Positions 18,368-27,415 of a DNA stretch of 51,817 nt are shown in pieces. Each line of letters opens with the position of its first letter. Positions within the stretch are counted from its first letter, which is position 1. The position numbers were made by a program, and so were the translations under genes. Source of the stretch: a virus (Duplodnaviria; Caudoviricetes); IMG/VR virus record IMGVR_UViG_3300044822_000145, positions 1-51,817 of that record, one strand, 5' to 3'. The notes below the pieces were generated by a model. It ran no database searches and was not told where the DNA came from. It worked only from the letters and a program-made list of their open reading frames with translations.

Positions 18368-18637
18368 ATGACGGATGAAGAAAATATCCCTAGGCCGACA
18401 TGCGGGCGTATCGTGCATTACGTTTCACGAAGCGGGACCGGGGATATTTGGGCAGCGATCGTTATGAAGGACCCTGCGGCTCCTCGCGGGTTGCGCGTCG
18501 ATCTTACCGTTTTTGGCCTGACCGGCCCGCGTATAGAAGAAGACGTTCCGTACGATAAAGACAATCATCCGGGTTCTTGGCATTGGATGGCGTACCAGCT
18601 CGGTCAGGCGTCCTTGGGGAAAAAACCGGGGACATGA
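18368..18637 (+). CDS. Conserved phage hypothetical protein
   Basis: PTCGRIVHY...AAIV...VPYD...GSWHW motif. Confidence 0.7.
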   Translation: MTDEENIPRPTCGRIVHYVSRSGTGDIWAAIVMKDPAAPRGLRVDLTVFGLTGPRIEEDVPYDKDNHPGSWHWMAYQLGQASLGKKPGT

Positions 18638-18695
18638 ATTAGGCATGGAACGCCCCGGCAAGTAGTCAGGGCGTTTTTCTTGAAAGAAGGACTCC

Positions 18696-19220
18696 ATGCA
18701 GCTTCTCGTCGGCAATCCCACGCTCCAGACCGTGCATTTCCATTACCGCGTGCCGGAAGTGGAACGCGCGCTCATTGCCGAGATTCCGCCGGGAAGCCAG
18801 GCGCATCTCATGCCGATGGATCTCAGCGAAGCGCAAATCAAGGCGATCATTCCGCAACTTGAGCGCTACGGCGGCGTGCCCGAATCCGATATCGTGAACA
18901 TGAAAACGGCGCATAGCCTCGTGTTCTCGGTGCGCAAGCCGATAACGGAAAACCAGCTCAACACGGCCCGCGAGAAAGACGAGCAAATCCGCCAAAAAAT
19001 CTCCGACCAGGAAACGGAGAACGCGGGCGTCGCGACGATCCCCTCGGTGCTTCCCCAAGCTATTCAGCAGCGCATGCACCAGACACAGCAGAACTCGACG
19101 TTGCATGTTGAGCAAATCAGTAACTTGGAAGGCGAGCATCCGCAGACGATCAAGGGCGGCGTGAATACGACCGTCACCGTCTCCAAAAAGGCCGGCGCAC
19201 GCGAGCGCAAAGAGGGCTAA
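18696..19220 (+). CDS. Virion-associated hypothetical protein
   Basis: AAGGA RBS; position in the head module. Confidence 0.7.
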   Translation: MQLLVGNPTLQTVHFHYRVPEVERALIAEIPPGSQAHLMPMDLSEAQIKAIIPQLERYGGVPESDIVNMKTAHSLVFSVRKPITENQLNTAREKDEQIRQKISDQETENAGVATIPSVLPQAIQQRMHQTQQNSTLHVEQISNLEGEHPQTIKGGVNTTVTVSKKAGARERKEG

Positions 19221-19817
19221 GTGAGCGTCACCGGAACCGGCGCGTCATCTCAGGCCGAGCAGACCGCGAACGGGATCGGTGCGGAGACGCCCACGAACGG
19301 CTTCCTCTGGCCGAATCGACCGAACATTATCGACTTTTGGTTTTGGTTGCAAACGAATGTATCCATCCCGCAGGCCGCGCTTCCCGCGACATCGCCCTAT
19401 CCGCAGTACGCGTTATGGCAGGCGCTCGAACTCGTTCTGTGCGATCGCGGCGTGCCGTTCCGCAATGGGATGAACTTCGAGTATAGCGAGCCTACACCGA
19501 GGAATCTCTGGGGCGGCATTAGCTACACGCTTGCCGTCTATAATTGCGCGACGCATCTTTTATTCGGCATCGCGCCGGATCAGCCGGGACAGAACTTCTT
19601 TACCTCCGCGCGTGCGAACAGCGGATACTCACTCGTGAACCCTTCAACGGGCCTCGTAGCAGCATCGTCCGACGTAACCACAAGCTCGACACTTGCAGCC
19701 CCTGAGTGGGCATCGAGACTTACCGTCGATCAATTGGATTTTTATAAGACGCCGTGGGGGCGCTATTTTCTATCGTACAATCAGAAGTATGGGCCGACAG
19801 TCTGGGGCCTGACCTAG
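19221..19817 (+). CDS. Head-tail adaptor (DUF4054-like)
   Basis: YNCATHLL and TPWGRYFL motifs. Confidence 0.75.
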   Translation: MSVTGTGASSQAEQTANGIGAETPTNGFLWPNRPNIIDFWFWLQTNVSIPQAALPATSPYPQYALWQALELVLCDRGVPFRNGMNFEYSEPTPRNLWGGISYTLAVYNCATHLLFGIAPDQPGQNFFTSARANSGYSLVNPSTGLVAASSDVTTSSTLAAPEWASRLTVDQLDFYKTPWGRYFLSYNQKYGPTVWGLT

Positions 19818-19952
19818 ATGATATGCCAATACTGCTCCACCGAGATGCGCGAGGTGGATCAATGGGTACAAAACGACAGCGGCAGCGGGGAGTATCTCAC
19901 GCGATGGTATGTTTGCGTTAACGCGCGTTGCCCTGGAAGAGAGAGGCGATAA
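19818..19952 (+). CDS. Small zinc-ribbon protein (44 aa)
   Basis: Own translation MICQYC...WYVCVNARC; abuts genes on both sides. Confidence 0.6.
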   Translation: MICQYCSTEMREVDQWVQNDSGSGEYLTRWYVCVNARCPGRERR

Positions 19953-20108
19953 ATGCAGCTACATGATGAATCCCCAATCGTCTCCGTCTGGTGGACCTGT
20001 GTAGCTTCCCGAACGAACGAATGCGGCGACTTCCTGGCGCTTGCAAGCGAAGATACGCCTTCATGTCCTGACTGCGGAGAGACGGCATGTGAAAGGATTA
20101 TGTACTAG
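19953..20108 (+). CDS. Small zinc-ribbon protein (51 aa)
   Basis: Own translation ...WTCVASRTNECG...SCPDCG; exactly fills the gap to 20109. Confidence 0.6.
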   Translation: MQLHDESPIVSVWWTCVASRTNECGDFLALASEDTPSCPDCGETACERIMY

Positions 20109-20624
20109 ATGCCAACCTTACACTTGGGCGTTTTGGATATGCATTATTCCGACGCGAACGGCGGCGATCCATCGCAGACCACGGGCGAAGTCGCGGAGAA
20201 ACTTGAGAAAAAGTACCACATCATGGAAATCTTCTATGAGTCGCGCAAGCATTCGATAGCGGATTATCTCGCGGAAGACATGGCGCATTCGCTAGAGCGC
20301 ATCATCAAGGGCAAAGGCATCGCAGGCAGCAAGGGCGCGTCTTTCTCAAACAAGTATCACGGTATCAGCGAGATCTACGAACGCTCAAGCCTAACGTACG
20401 GCGCGGATCAAAAGATCGAACGCGACTTCCGCAAGTTCATCTTCTCGAATGAATTGCAAAAGTTGAGCCTTGCGCTTACGGGCGCACCGATCTCGCAAGC
20501 GGCGGCAAGCGGCGTGAATCATCGCTTTAAACGGCCCTATGCGAAGAAGAATCGCGCGAGAATTGCGTTTGTAGATACGGGGTTGTTCGTAAGTAGTTTT
20601 AGATCATGGGTTAGCAAGACGTAA
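20109..20624 (+). CDS. Neck/tail-completion protein
   Basis: C-terminal FVDTGLF motif; position. Confidence 0.7.
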   Translation: MPTLHLGVLDMHYSDANGGDPSQTTGEVAEKLEKKYHIMEIFYESRKHSIADYLAEDMAHSLERIIKGKGIAGSKGASFSNKYHGISEIYERSSLTYGADQKIERDFRKFIFSNELQKLSLALTGAPISQAAASGVNHRFKRPYAKKNRARIAFVDTGLFVSSFRSWVSKT

Positions 20625-21688
20625 TGCCGAGCGCGCAAGAAGCGAGCGGACAACAATCAGCGATTCAATCTGCCCTGGACGCAGGCCTGAATTCAATTGC
20701 GCAGCGGCAGCAGGTGCAGTTTCAACGGTACACGCGCATTGCTCTCGCGTCGGACGGCAGCGTATTCTGGGTTGCGCAACAGGCCGTCGTCATGACCGCG
20801 ATCGGTTCGCTTCATTACGCGACGGACAGAGAACAATCGGAAACCAGCACCCTCGGCTTATCGGATGTGATCTTCAGTAGTGAATCGGAGATAACGCAAT
20901 TCTCGGCGATTGCTCCCGATTTTATGTGGATTGGGCGATGGGATATTCCGAACGCGCCGCCGTTGCGCGTCGCATTTTCGCATCTCGGCAACCTCTTCCG
21001 AGAAGCGGAAATTTTTCATTACACCGGCACGGCGATCACGGCGCTCATGCTGCCGAACATCATCGACAATCCCGCCGACATCCCCGCAGGTCCAATCGTA
21101 AGCAATAGCCTGCCGATATGGCTTTCGATGGGACAGATTACCGGACAAACTGTCCCTTGCTTCGCCTCATTTTTAGTGCCGGAAAATTTGCCCCCACCGT
21201 ATATCTCCGTGCATATCGAGCCTACCATGACCGAGGCGCTCGCAGCGGCTCCCCTTATCGGCCCTTGGCCGGGCGCTACGGAACCAAACAGCGGCGATTC
21301 GCCCCTCCATGACCTCGCCGGCTCTCAGCTTTGCCGCGACGATGTGACGCTCACGCTCTATGGCTTCAGTAACGATGCCGCATGGCAATATCTCGTCGCG
21401 ATCTACGAGGCATCGTATAACGGGACGATGGGGTTCGGATTCGCAAACTCCCCTGCGATTCAGGATGAAAAGCATCTTTCCAGAGAATTGGCGGCAATCG
21501 CGCAAAAGAAAACCTTGCATATCAGCGCCAACTACCTACAAGGCACCGCCGACGCGGTAGCTCGCAGGCTCATCCTCTCCGCTATGCTTTCGAACATCGA
21601 GGTCATCGGGGGCGTGACGCCGACCGGGACAGGGGCAAGCACGCAGGCGCCGCAAACGGCTTCGGGAGTGGGAAGCGTTTATGAATGA
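20624..21688 (+). CDS. Head-closure/tail-terminator-type neck protein
   Basis: DGSVFWV, GSLHY, IVSNSLPIWL and PPYISVHI motifs; position. Confidence 0.7.
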   Translation: MPSAQEASGQQSAIQSALDAGLNSIAQRQQVQFQRYTRIALASDGSVFWVAQQAVVMTAIGSLHYATDREQSETSTLGLSDVIFSSESEITQFSAIAPDFMWIGRWDIPNAPPLRVAFSHLGNLFREAEIFHYTGTAITALMLPNIIDNPADIPAGPIVSNSLPIWLSMGQITGQTVPCFASFLVPENLPPPYISVHIEPTMTEALAAAPLIGPWPGATEPNSGDSPLHDLAGSQLCRDDVTLTLYGFSNDAAWQYLVAIYEASYNGTMGFGFANSPAIQDEKHLSRELAAIAQKKTLHISANYLQGTADAVARRLILSAMLSNIEVIGGVTPTGTGASTQAPQTASGVGSVYE

Positions 21689-21738
21689 CATGTGCGACAG
21701 TGGGAAGCATTCGATCCGTTGTCTAATCCATTTATGTC

Positions 21739-22431
21739 ATGCCAAAAAAAGCAATCGACCCTATTGTGAGATTTTTTCAGTATGTAGATAAAAATGGTCC
21801 GATTCGAAATGCCTCTCGGTGTTGGCTATGGACCGGAGCAAGAACTTATATTCCTGGAAAGCCGGCAAGTAGCGGATATGGAAGATTTGGATTAGGCGGC
21901 AAAAATCGGCATGCCCATATTGTTTCTTGGGAACTTTTTCGCGGGCCAACTAACGGAGCATGGGTACTTCATCGGTGCGACAATCCGCCATGCGTCAACC
22001 CAGATCACTTATTTTTAGGTGACAATACCGCCAATCAAACAGATAGCCTTCTCAAGGGTCGTAGCAGAGCGGCTATGCTCGCCAGTGCTACCCATTGCAA
22101 GCGCGGTCATGAATTCACCCCAGAAAATACCCTGCACGTTAAGCGGTCTGATGACTCTAGCAAATGGATGAGGCAATGCAAAACTTGTGGGCGAATGCGG
22201 GGACGAGTACATGACGCAAAACGTAGACCTCGGATTAGGGTACGCAAGCCATGCGTAAAGCGTCCGCCTATTACGCATTGCAAGCATGGGCATGAATTCA
22301 CCCCCGAGAATACTATTTTATGGGGGCTCAATGATGGATCTGAAAAACTATGGAGACAATGCAGAACTTGTCAACGAGTTAGGGGGCGTGAGTTTGCCAT
22401 GAAGTACAGATTCCGAATGCGCCATAACTAG
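21739..22431 (+). CDS. HNH homing endonuclease with two THCKxGHEFTPENT zinc repeats
   Basis: CWLWTG, YGRF, AHIVSW, VLHRCDNPPCVNPDHL...N. Confidence 0.92.
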   Translation: MPKKAIDPIVRFFQYVDKNGPIRNASRCWLWTGARTYIPGKPASSGYGRFGLGGKNRHAHIVSWELFRGPTNGAWVLHRCDNPPCVNPDHLFLGDNTANQTDSLLKGRSRAAMLASATHCKRGHEFTPENTLHVKRSDDSSKWMRQCKTCGRMRGRVHDAKRRPRIRVRKPCVKRPPITHCKHGHEFTPENTILWGLNDGSEKLWRQCRTCQRVRGREFAMKYRFRMRHN

Positions 22432-22438
22432 CGGCGAC

Positions 22439-22720
22439 GTGGGGCCGATCCTCCTGATTGACGCGGGCGGCTATTCGCTCACGGGTTCCACCTGCACCCT
22501 TCTCGCCGCGCCCGGCCGCTGGAAGAAGCTTCTCGGTCGCCCTACGACGTTCTCGCCGGTTGTCGTCTCGCAAGACGGCCTGAGCGGAGCGTACACCCAG
22601 AACGGGAACGACTTCACGACGAGCGGGCCTTGGACGATTGAACTGCAAGTACAGACGCAGGACGGCCAAACGATCACCTCGCCGCCTGGATATATTTTCG
22701 TGTTTCCTAGAATTGCCTGA
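22439..22720 (+). CDS. BppU-N-like beta-sandwich domain; possibly the detached C-terminus of 20624..21688
   Basis: Clear paralogue of the C-terminus of 24101..27004 (DAGGY, G-x-W-x-x-x-L, TSPPG); no SD seen. Confidence 0.65.
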   Translation: MGPILLIDAGGYSLTGSTCTLLAAPGRWKKLLGRPTTFSPVVVSQDGLSGAYTQNGNDFTTSGPWTIELQVQTQDGQTITSPPGYIFVFPRIA

Positions 22721-22742
22721 CCTTGAGGAGAGCAACCCTGAC

Positions 22743-23777
22743 ATGAGCATGATCGACGCGTTTCATCCCTGGGGCGGGAACGGGAAACAACTTCGCAATG
22801 GTATCGAGGACATACGCGAAGACGTTGCGCTCATGACGCGCGGCGTGCTCGATGCGAAGAGTCTGTGGAGCGGATACACGCGCGTCAAGAATCCGGTTGA
22901 AGTCCGCGTCTTCGAGGGCCGGAAAATGGAGAAGCTCGGCGCGCGCATGATCGCGGATCGTGTGATCGATGATCTCGGAAATGTGGATCGCGCGCATTGG
23001 CGATTTCGCGGGGATCGCGTCGATTTTAACGATCCGCGCTGGTCGTCCGCGATCAATCAAATTCGGCGTACGCACAATCTGCAAGTTACCATGGGCATAA
23101 ACCAATGGCTTCGCAGCTTGTGCTTCGGTGATGTCACGGCAAATTCCACAAGCTACACGGGCGTCACCGGGACGGCGACTTCTACATCTGCAACCTCACT
23201 CACGAACACGGGCGCAGCTTTTCCGACGACGGGCGGCGTGAATACGGGGCTTCCTGGGCATGTTGTGTATTGCCCCGCAGCAGGCGTTTACGGCGTGATA
23301 ACGGCGAACACAGCGACCGTTCTCACCGTCGATCAGTGGACCTCGCAGAGCAGCGCAACGGGTGCAGCAGGGTCAACCCCCGCAGGCACGGCGATCTATT
23401 CCATTTGCCCCGGCGCGGGAATCGCCGGATGGATTGGCCTCTCGACCAATTCTGCCGCAGCCGCAGCAGGCGACGTACTGCGTACGGCAGACGGCCTTTT
23501 TGCCGACGGCACAACGGGCGCGGCGGCGACGGAGCAAACGACGAACGGGCTGTCACGCGCGTACGTGCAAGCAACGCTTCCAGCTAGCACGCAGTCGCAG
23601 TTCGCCTATACCTGGACATACACAGGCTCTACAACCGTCGCAATTGCGAAAGCAGTTTTGTGCAACAGTAAGGCCGCAGCGGGTTCTTTGCTTGTCCTAG
23701 AAACGCTTTTGAGCGCAGTGGCAACCGTGGCAGCTTCAGGCGACACATGTGCTTTGACCTGGGTAATCACCGTTTAG
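22743..23777 (+). CDS. Virion fibre/appendage subunit
   Basis: GAGGAG RBS; HNLQV...WIGLST...GLSRA...GDTCALTWVITV pattern typical of phage fibre subunits. Confidence 0.65.
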   Translation: MSMIDAFHPWGGNGKQLRNGIEDIREDVALMTRGVLDAKSLWSGYTRVKNPVEVRVFEGRKMEKLGARMIADRVIDDLGNVDRAHWRFRGDRVDFNDPRWSSAINQIRRTHNLQVTMGINQWLRSLCFGDVTANSTSYTGVTGTATSTSATSLTNTGAAFPTTGGVNTGLPGHVVYCPAAGVYGVITANTATVLTVDQWTSQSSATGAAGSTPAGTAIYSICPGAGIAGWIGLSTNSAAAAAGDVLRTADGLFADGTTGAAATEQTTNGLSRAYVQATLPASTQSQFAYTWTYTGSTTVAIAKAVLCNSKAAAGSLLVLETLLSAVATVAASGDTCALTWVITV

Positions 23778-23795
23778 TAGTATTTAGGAAAGAGG

Positions 23796-24038
23796 ATGAG
23801 AATGCCTGACCCTTACAAGATCACCGTCGAATCCACGCCGACGCAGCAAACCGATCTCAACGAGACGCATCGGACCTTGCTCTCGTCGATTGCCGAACGC
23901 TTTGCGGCGCTCGGGCATACGGTGCATCGCATTCGCTTGGATCACGGCTCGCTACGCGGCGGCGCGAAAACCTGGAAGCCCGGAGACGATGCGCCGACGG
24001 ATGAGCTTGTCGCGCATGTGACGCCAGCCCCCCACTAA
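23796..24038 (+). CDS. Hypothetical protein
   Basis: AGGA/GAGG RBS; co-oriented with the tail genes. Confidence 0.6.
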   Translation: MRMPDPYKITVESTPTQQTDLNETHRTLLSSIAERFAALGHTVHRIRLDHGSLRGGAKTWKPGDDAPTDELVAHVTPAPH

Positions 24039-24100
24039 GTCCTATGGATACAGGCGCACTCGTTGCATCGATGAACGATGCGCCTCATCGGCGGTTTTAA

Positions 24101-27004
24101 ATGGCGAATCCTGCGATAGTTCAAACGGGGACGGCTGTTATTACGAATGGGACTAGCGGGACGATATCTCTAAGCACAACTCTTCCTTCTGCTCCGTCGA
24201 GTTCTAATGTTTTAATTGCGATGCTAAGCATTCAAACAAACGGCGGAGGCAGCGGCATAACGCCGCCGTCTGGGTGGACATTATATTCAACAAGCGGTAG
24301 TTTAGTATCATCGCAACCACAAACATGGGTTTATTTTATTACCGGGCAAACTGCGACAAGTTATACGTGGCAATTCGCAACAGGTGGCTATCATGTAATT
24401 TTTGACGGTCAAATAATAGAAGTATCTGGGACAAGTACGACAAGTCCGTTCTTGGCTCAGACATCTTCTATTGGTAACGCTTCTGCTACGACAACTCTTG
24501 CAAGCGGAACAGTTGTTGCCGGAGCCGCAAATCTTTTACCGATAGCGTTTGTATCATTTTTAAATCCCAGTACAGCCGTTCCTGGAGCACCTTCGTCGTA
24601 TACGACAGGATGGTCAGGACTAGGGAATGTTTCTTTTACATTTACAGGAGGATTTCAAGGCGGAGCACTTACATCGTCTATAGGTCCATTGACGACGAGC
24701 GGGCAAAGCGTCTCGGTAACATACACGTATGGATCTAATCTTAGTGTCAATGACGTTTATGTTTTTTTCATTGGATTATTACAACCGCCGTTCACCGCAA
24801 TATCGTCCGTTCAGACAACCGCGAGTGGAACGTCTGCGGCGTCAACGTCTCTGGTTCTCACGTACGGACTGACGCCGACAAGTGGGAATAAACTCATTGC
24901 ATTTATCGCGCAGGGTGCGAATGCCGTTGCTTCCACAGGTCCTACCGGGTGGGTGCTCGCGCAAAGCGAGTATTCTACGGATGCGCTTGAACTTTGGTAT
25001 AAGGATGCAGGCGCATCCGAACCTACGACATACACTTGGACGCTCTCGACATCGACGGCAGTCGGCGATGCGACGGGATATGAATATCATAATGTCGCAA
25101 GCGGCTCAACAGGAATAAACGCAAGCGCAGCATCGACGGGGACGGGCACAAGCCTTGCCACTGGTTCTGTTACGCCGTCTGTTCTCCATACGCAGCCTGT
25201 CGCAGCGTGGAGCGGCATTGTCACGAGTTGGTCAACGCTTACAACGGGATGGACGATCGGTACGACGGCGACAAGTACGTCGTACTCTTGTCAGCAGGCA
25301 TCGCAGAATACGCTTACGGGCGACACCACTACGGCGATAAGCGCATCAAACAAAAGCGCATCCGGCAGTTTGCGAAAACTGAGCATCATCGTTTTGCTTG
25401 CTCCAAGCGCGGGCGGTAATTTCAATGTCGTCACGGCTTCGGATTCCTTTGCCGCGATAACCGATAGCCTATCGAGAACGATCACGTTCACGCGTACATT
25501 GTCAGATTCTCCGTCCGTATGGTCTGATTCGCTCGCACGTATAGTTTCGCTTCCTCGCGCGATAAGCGATACCACGGCAGCGTTTACAGACGCCCTCTCA
25601 CGCCTTGTAGGACTGCCTCGCTCGCCTTCTGATACGCTTGCAGGATGGATCGATACGGCGACGCGAGGGGCAATGCCGTTCACGCGCACAGCCTCGGATA
25701 GTTTCTCGGCGATTACCGATTCCGTCGCGAGGACCGTCTCTTTGCCGCGTACGGCAACGGATACGCCCGCAGCATGGTCGGACACCCTCGCGCGCGGATC
25801 ACAAGCATTCACGCGAACGGCATCCGATTCTCCGGCTGCATGGGCGGATACCGCTTCGCGAGAGGTCGTCCTTGTGCGCGTCGTGAGCGATACGAACGCG
25901 TCATGGTCGGATAGCGTCTCGCGAAACGTTGTCTCACCCAGGACGGCGGCAGATACCGTCTCGGGGTTCTCCGATACGCTCTCGCGTTCGCCTATGGCAT
26001 TTGCGCGCACGGCGAGCGATAGCACATCCGCATGGTCAGATTCGATCTCTCGTGCCGTCGCTTTCGCGCGTACAGCAAGCGATAGCGTCTTGGGATGGTC
26101 GGATACGCTCGCGCGCAGCATTCGCCTCCCACGATCCATCTCCGATACGTTCACGGCATGGTCGGACATCGTATCGACCGGGAAAGCGTACTTCCTCACC
26201 GCGTCTGATACGCTCGCATCATGGTCGGATTCTTTGTCGCGTGGACCTATATCGTTTGCGCGCTCCGCTTCAGATTCGCTCTCGTCATGGCTCGATGTCC
26301 CCTCGCGCATCGCGTCGTTCTCGCGCAGCGCATCCGACGTGCTCGGCGGATTCTCCGACGTTGCCTCGCGGGTTTTCGGCGCTCACCGTAGCGCGACGGA
26401 CAGCATCGCGGCGATAACGGATATGGCGAGCAAGCGACAAGGCTTCTCGCGCACGGCTTCCGACACGTTCGCGGCTCCCACGGAATCCCTAACCCGTGTC
26501 GTATCGGCACCTCGAAGCGCATCCGACACGCTCTCGGCCTGGGGCGAATCGATCGGGCGCATCCTCCGCCTCCCGCGCGGGATCTCGGATACGGTCGCCT
26601 CGTGGATCGATGTCCTCCTCAATATCCCGCATATCATCGGTATCGGCGCGTCTACCCAGGCTTCCCAAACCGCCGCAGGCTTCATCGTCGTTGAGAACCT
26701 GGGCCTCGGACGCGCGATCGTCATGGATGCGGGCGGCTACGATATGACGGGTTGCACTGCGACGCTCATCGCCGTCCCCGGCCCCTTCGACGCACAGGGC
26801 GAGAAACTGCGATTGACGCCCGTGGGGATACTCAATAATGGCCTCACCGGCGTCTACCGCGAGATGAACGAGGAATTCGCGATCGGCGGAGAGTGGAGTC
26901 TTCAGCTTGAACTCCTTCTTCCGACCGGCCTCATCTACACGTCGCCGCCCGGCCAGGTCTTTTTCCCGCCGATTCTGGAGACAGACGAAGAGGAGTTTGA
27001 GTGA
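24101..27004 (+). CDS. Large fibre protein: two beta-sandwich domains, 19 SD-repeat units and a BppU-like C-terminal domain
   Basis: 967 aa; domain structure visible in the translation. Confidence 0.75.
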   Translation: MANPAIVQTGTAVITNGTSGTISLSTTLPSAPSSSNVLIAMLSIQTNGGGSGITPPSGWTLYSTSGSLVSSQPQTWVYFITGQTATSYTWQFATGGYHVIFDGQIIEVSGTSTTSPFLAQTSSIGNASATTTLASGTVVAGAANLLPIAFVSFLNPSTAVPGAPSSYTTGWSGLGNVSFTFTGGFQGGALTSSIGPLTTSGQSVSVTYTYGSNLSVNDVYVFFIGLLQPPFTAISSVQTTASGTSAASTSLVLTYGLTPTSGNKLIAFIAQGANAVASTGPTGWVLAQSEYSTDALELWYKDAGASEPTTYTWTLSTSTAVGDATGYEYHNVASGSTGINASAASTGTGTSLATGSVTPSVLHTQPVAAWSGIVTSWSTLTTGWTIGTTATSTSYSCQQASQNTLTGDTTTAISASNKSASGSLRKLSIIVLLAPSAGGNFNVVTASDSFAAITDSLSRTITFTRTLSDSPSVWSDSLARIVSLPRAISDTTAAFTDALSRLVGLPRSPSDTLAGWIDTATRGAMPFTRTASDSFSAITDSVARTVSLPRTATDTPAAWSDTLARGSQAFTRTASDSPAAWADTASREVVLVRVVSDTNASWSDSVSRNVVSPRTAADTVSGFSDTLSRSPMAFARTASDSTSAWSDSISRAVAFARTASDSVLGWSDTLARSIRLPRSISDTFTAWSDIVSTGKAYFLTASDTLASWSDSLSRGPISFARSASDSLSSWLDVPSRIASFSRSASDVLGGFSDVASRVFGAHRSATDSIAAITDMASKRQGFSRTASDTFAAPTESLTRVVSAPRSASDTLSAWGESIGRILRLPRGISDTVASWIDVLLNIPHIIGIGASTQASQTAAGFIVVENLGLGRAIVMDAGGYDMTGCTATLIAVPGPFDAQGEKLRLTPVGILNNGLTGVYREMNEEFAIGGEWSLQLELLLPTGLIYTSPPGQVFFPPILETDEEEFE
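25430..26632 (+). repeat. 19 imperfect 21-22 aa repeats (R-x-A-S-D-x4-W-S-D-x3-R)
   Basis: Counted in the translation of 24101..27004. Confidence 0.85.
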
Positions 27005-27414
27005 GCGTAGTAGTCAATCTCAGCGATGTCGCAGCGAACGCCCAAGCGAACGCCGCCGCCGCGCTGCTCAATAGCGGCACGATCCAGATTTACTCGGGTA
27101 CGCAGCCGGTAAACGCGAATACCGCGCTTTCGGGGAACACGCTACTTGCCACTCTGACCCTCGGGAGCACGGCTTTCGGAACATCCGTAGCGGGCGTCAT
27201 CACGGCGAATCCGATCACCTCGGGAACGGCGGTAGCAACCGGCACGGCGACATTCGCACGCTGGTTCGAAGCGAATGGCACGACGGTTGTGTGGGACGAA
27301 CAAGTCGGCGTAACCGGCGCGGCGCTGAATCTCAACATCGTTGAAATCGTAACGGGCGGATTGGTGAGTTGCACAAGTTACGCGCATCAAGTACCCGAAC
27401 AGGCGCCGACGTAA
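27001..27414 (+). CDS. Virion fibre subunit
   Basis: GTIQIYSGTQP...LLATL...TGTATFARW...VG pattern of a widespread phage structural family. Confidence 0.7.
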   Translation: MSVVVNLSDVAANAQANAAAALLNSGTIQIYSGTQPVNANTALSGNTLLATLTLGSTAFGTSVAGVITANPITSGTAVATGTATFARWFEANGTTVVWDEQVGVTGAALNLNIVEIVTGGLVSCTSYAHQVPEQAPT

Positions 27415-27415
27415 C

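Noticed and set aside
21689-22438. Classical group I intron around the HNH
   Set aside because: Only about 50 nt upstream and a few nt downstream are outside the ORF, and I could not identify P3-P7 core elements.
25291-26310. Long antisense ORFs (also 15763..16305, 4773..5465, 832..1449 and similar)
   Set aside because: Shadow frames of GC-rich or repetitive genes on the other strand, without RBS or recognisable motifs.
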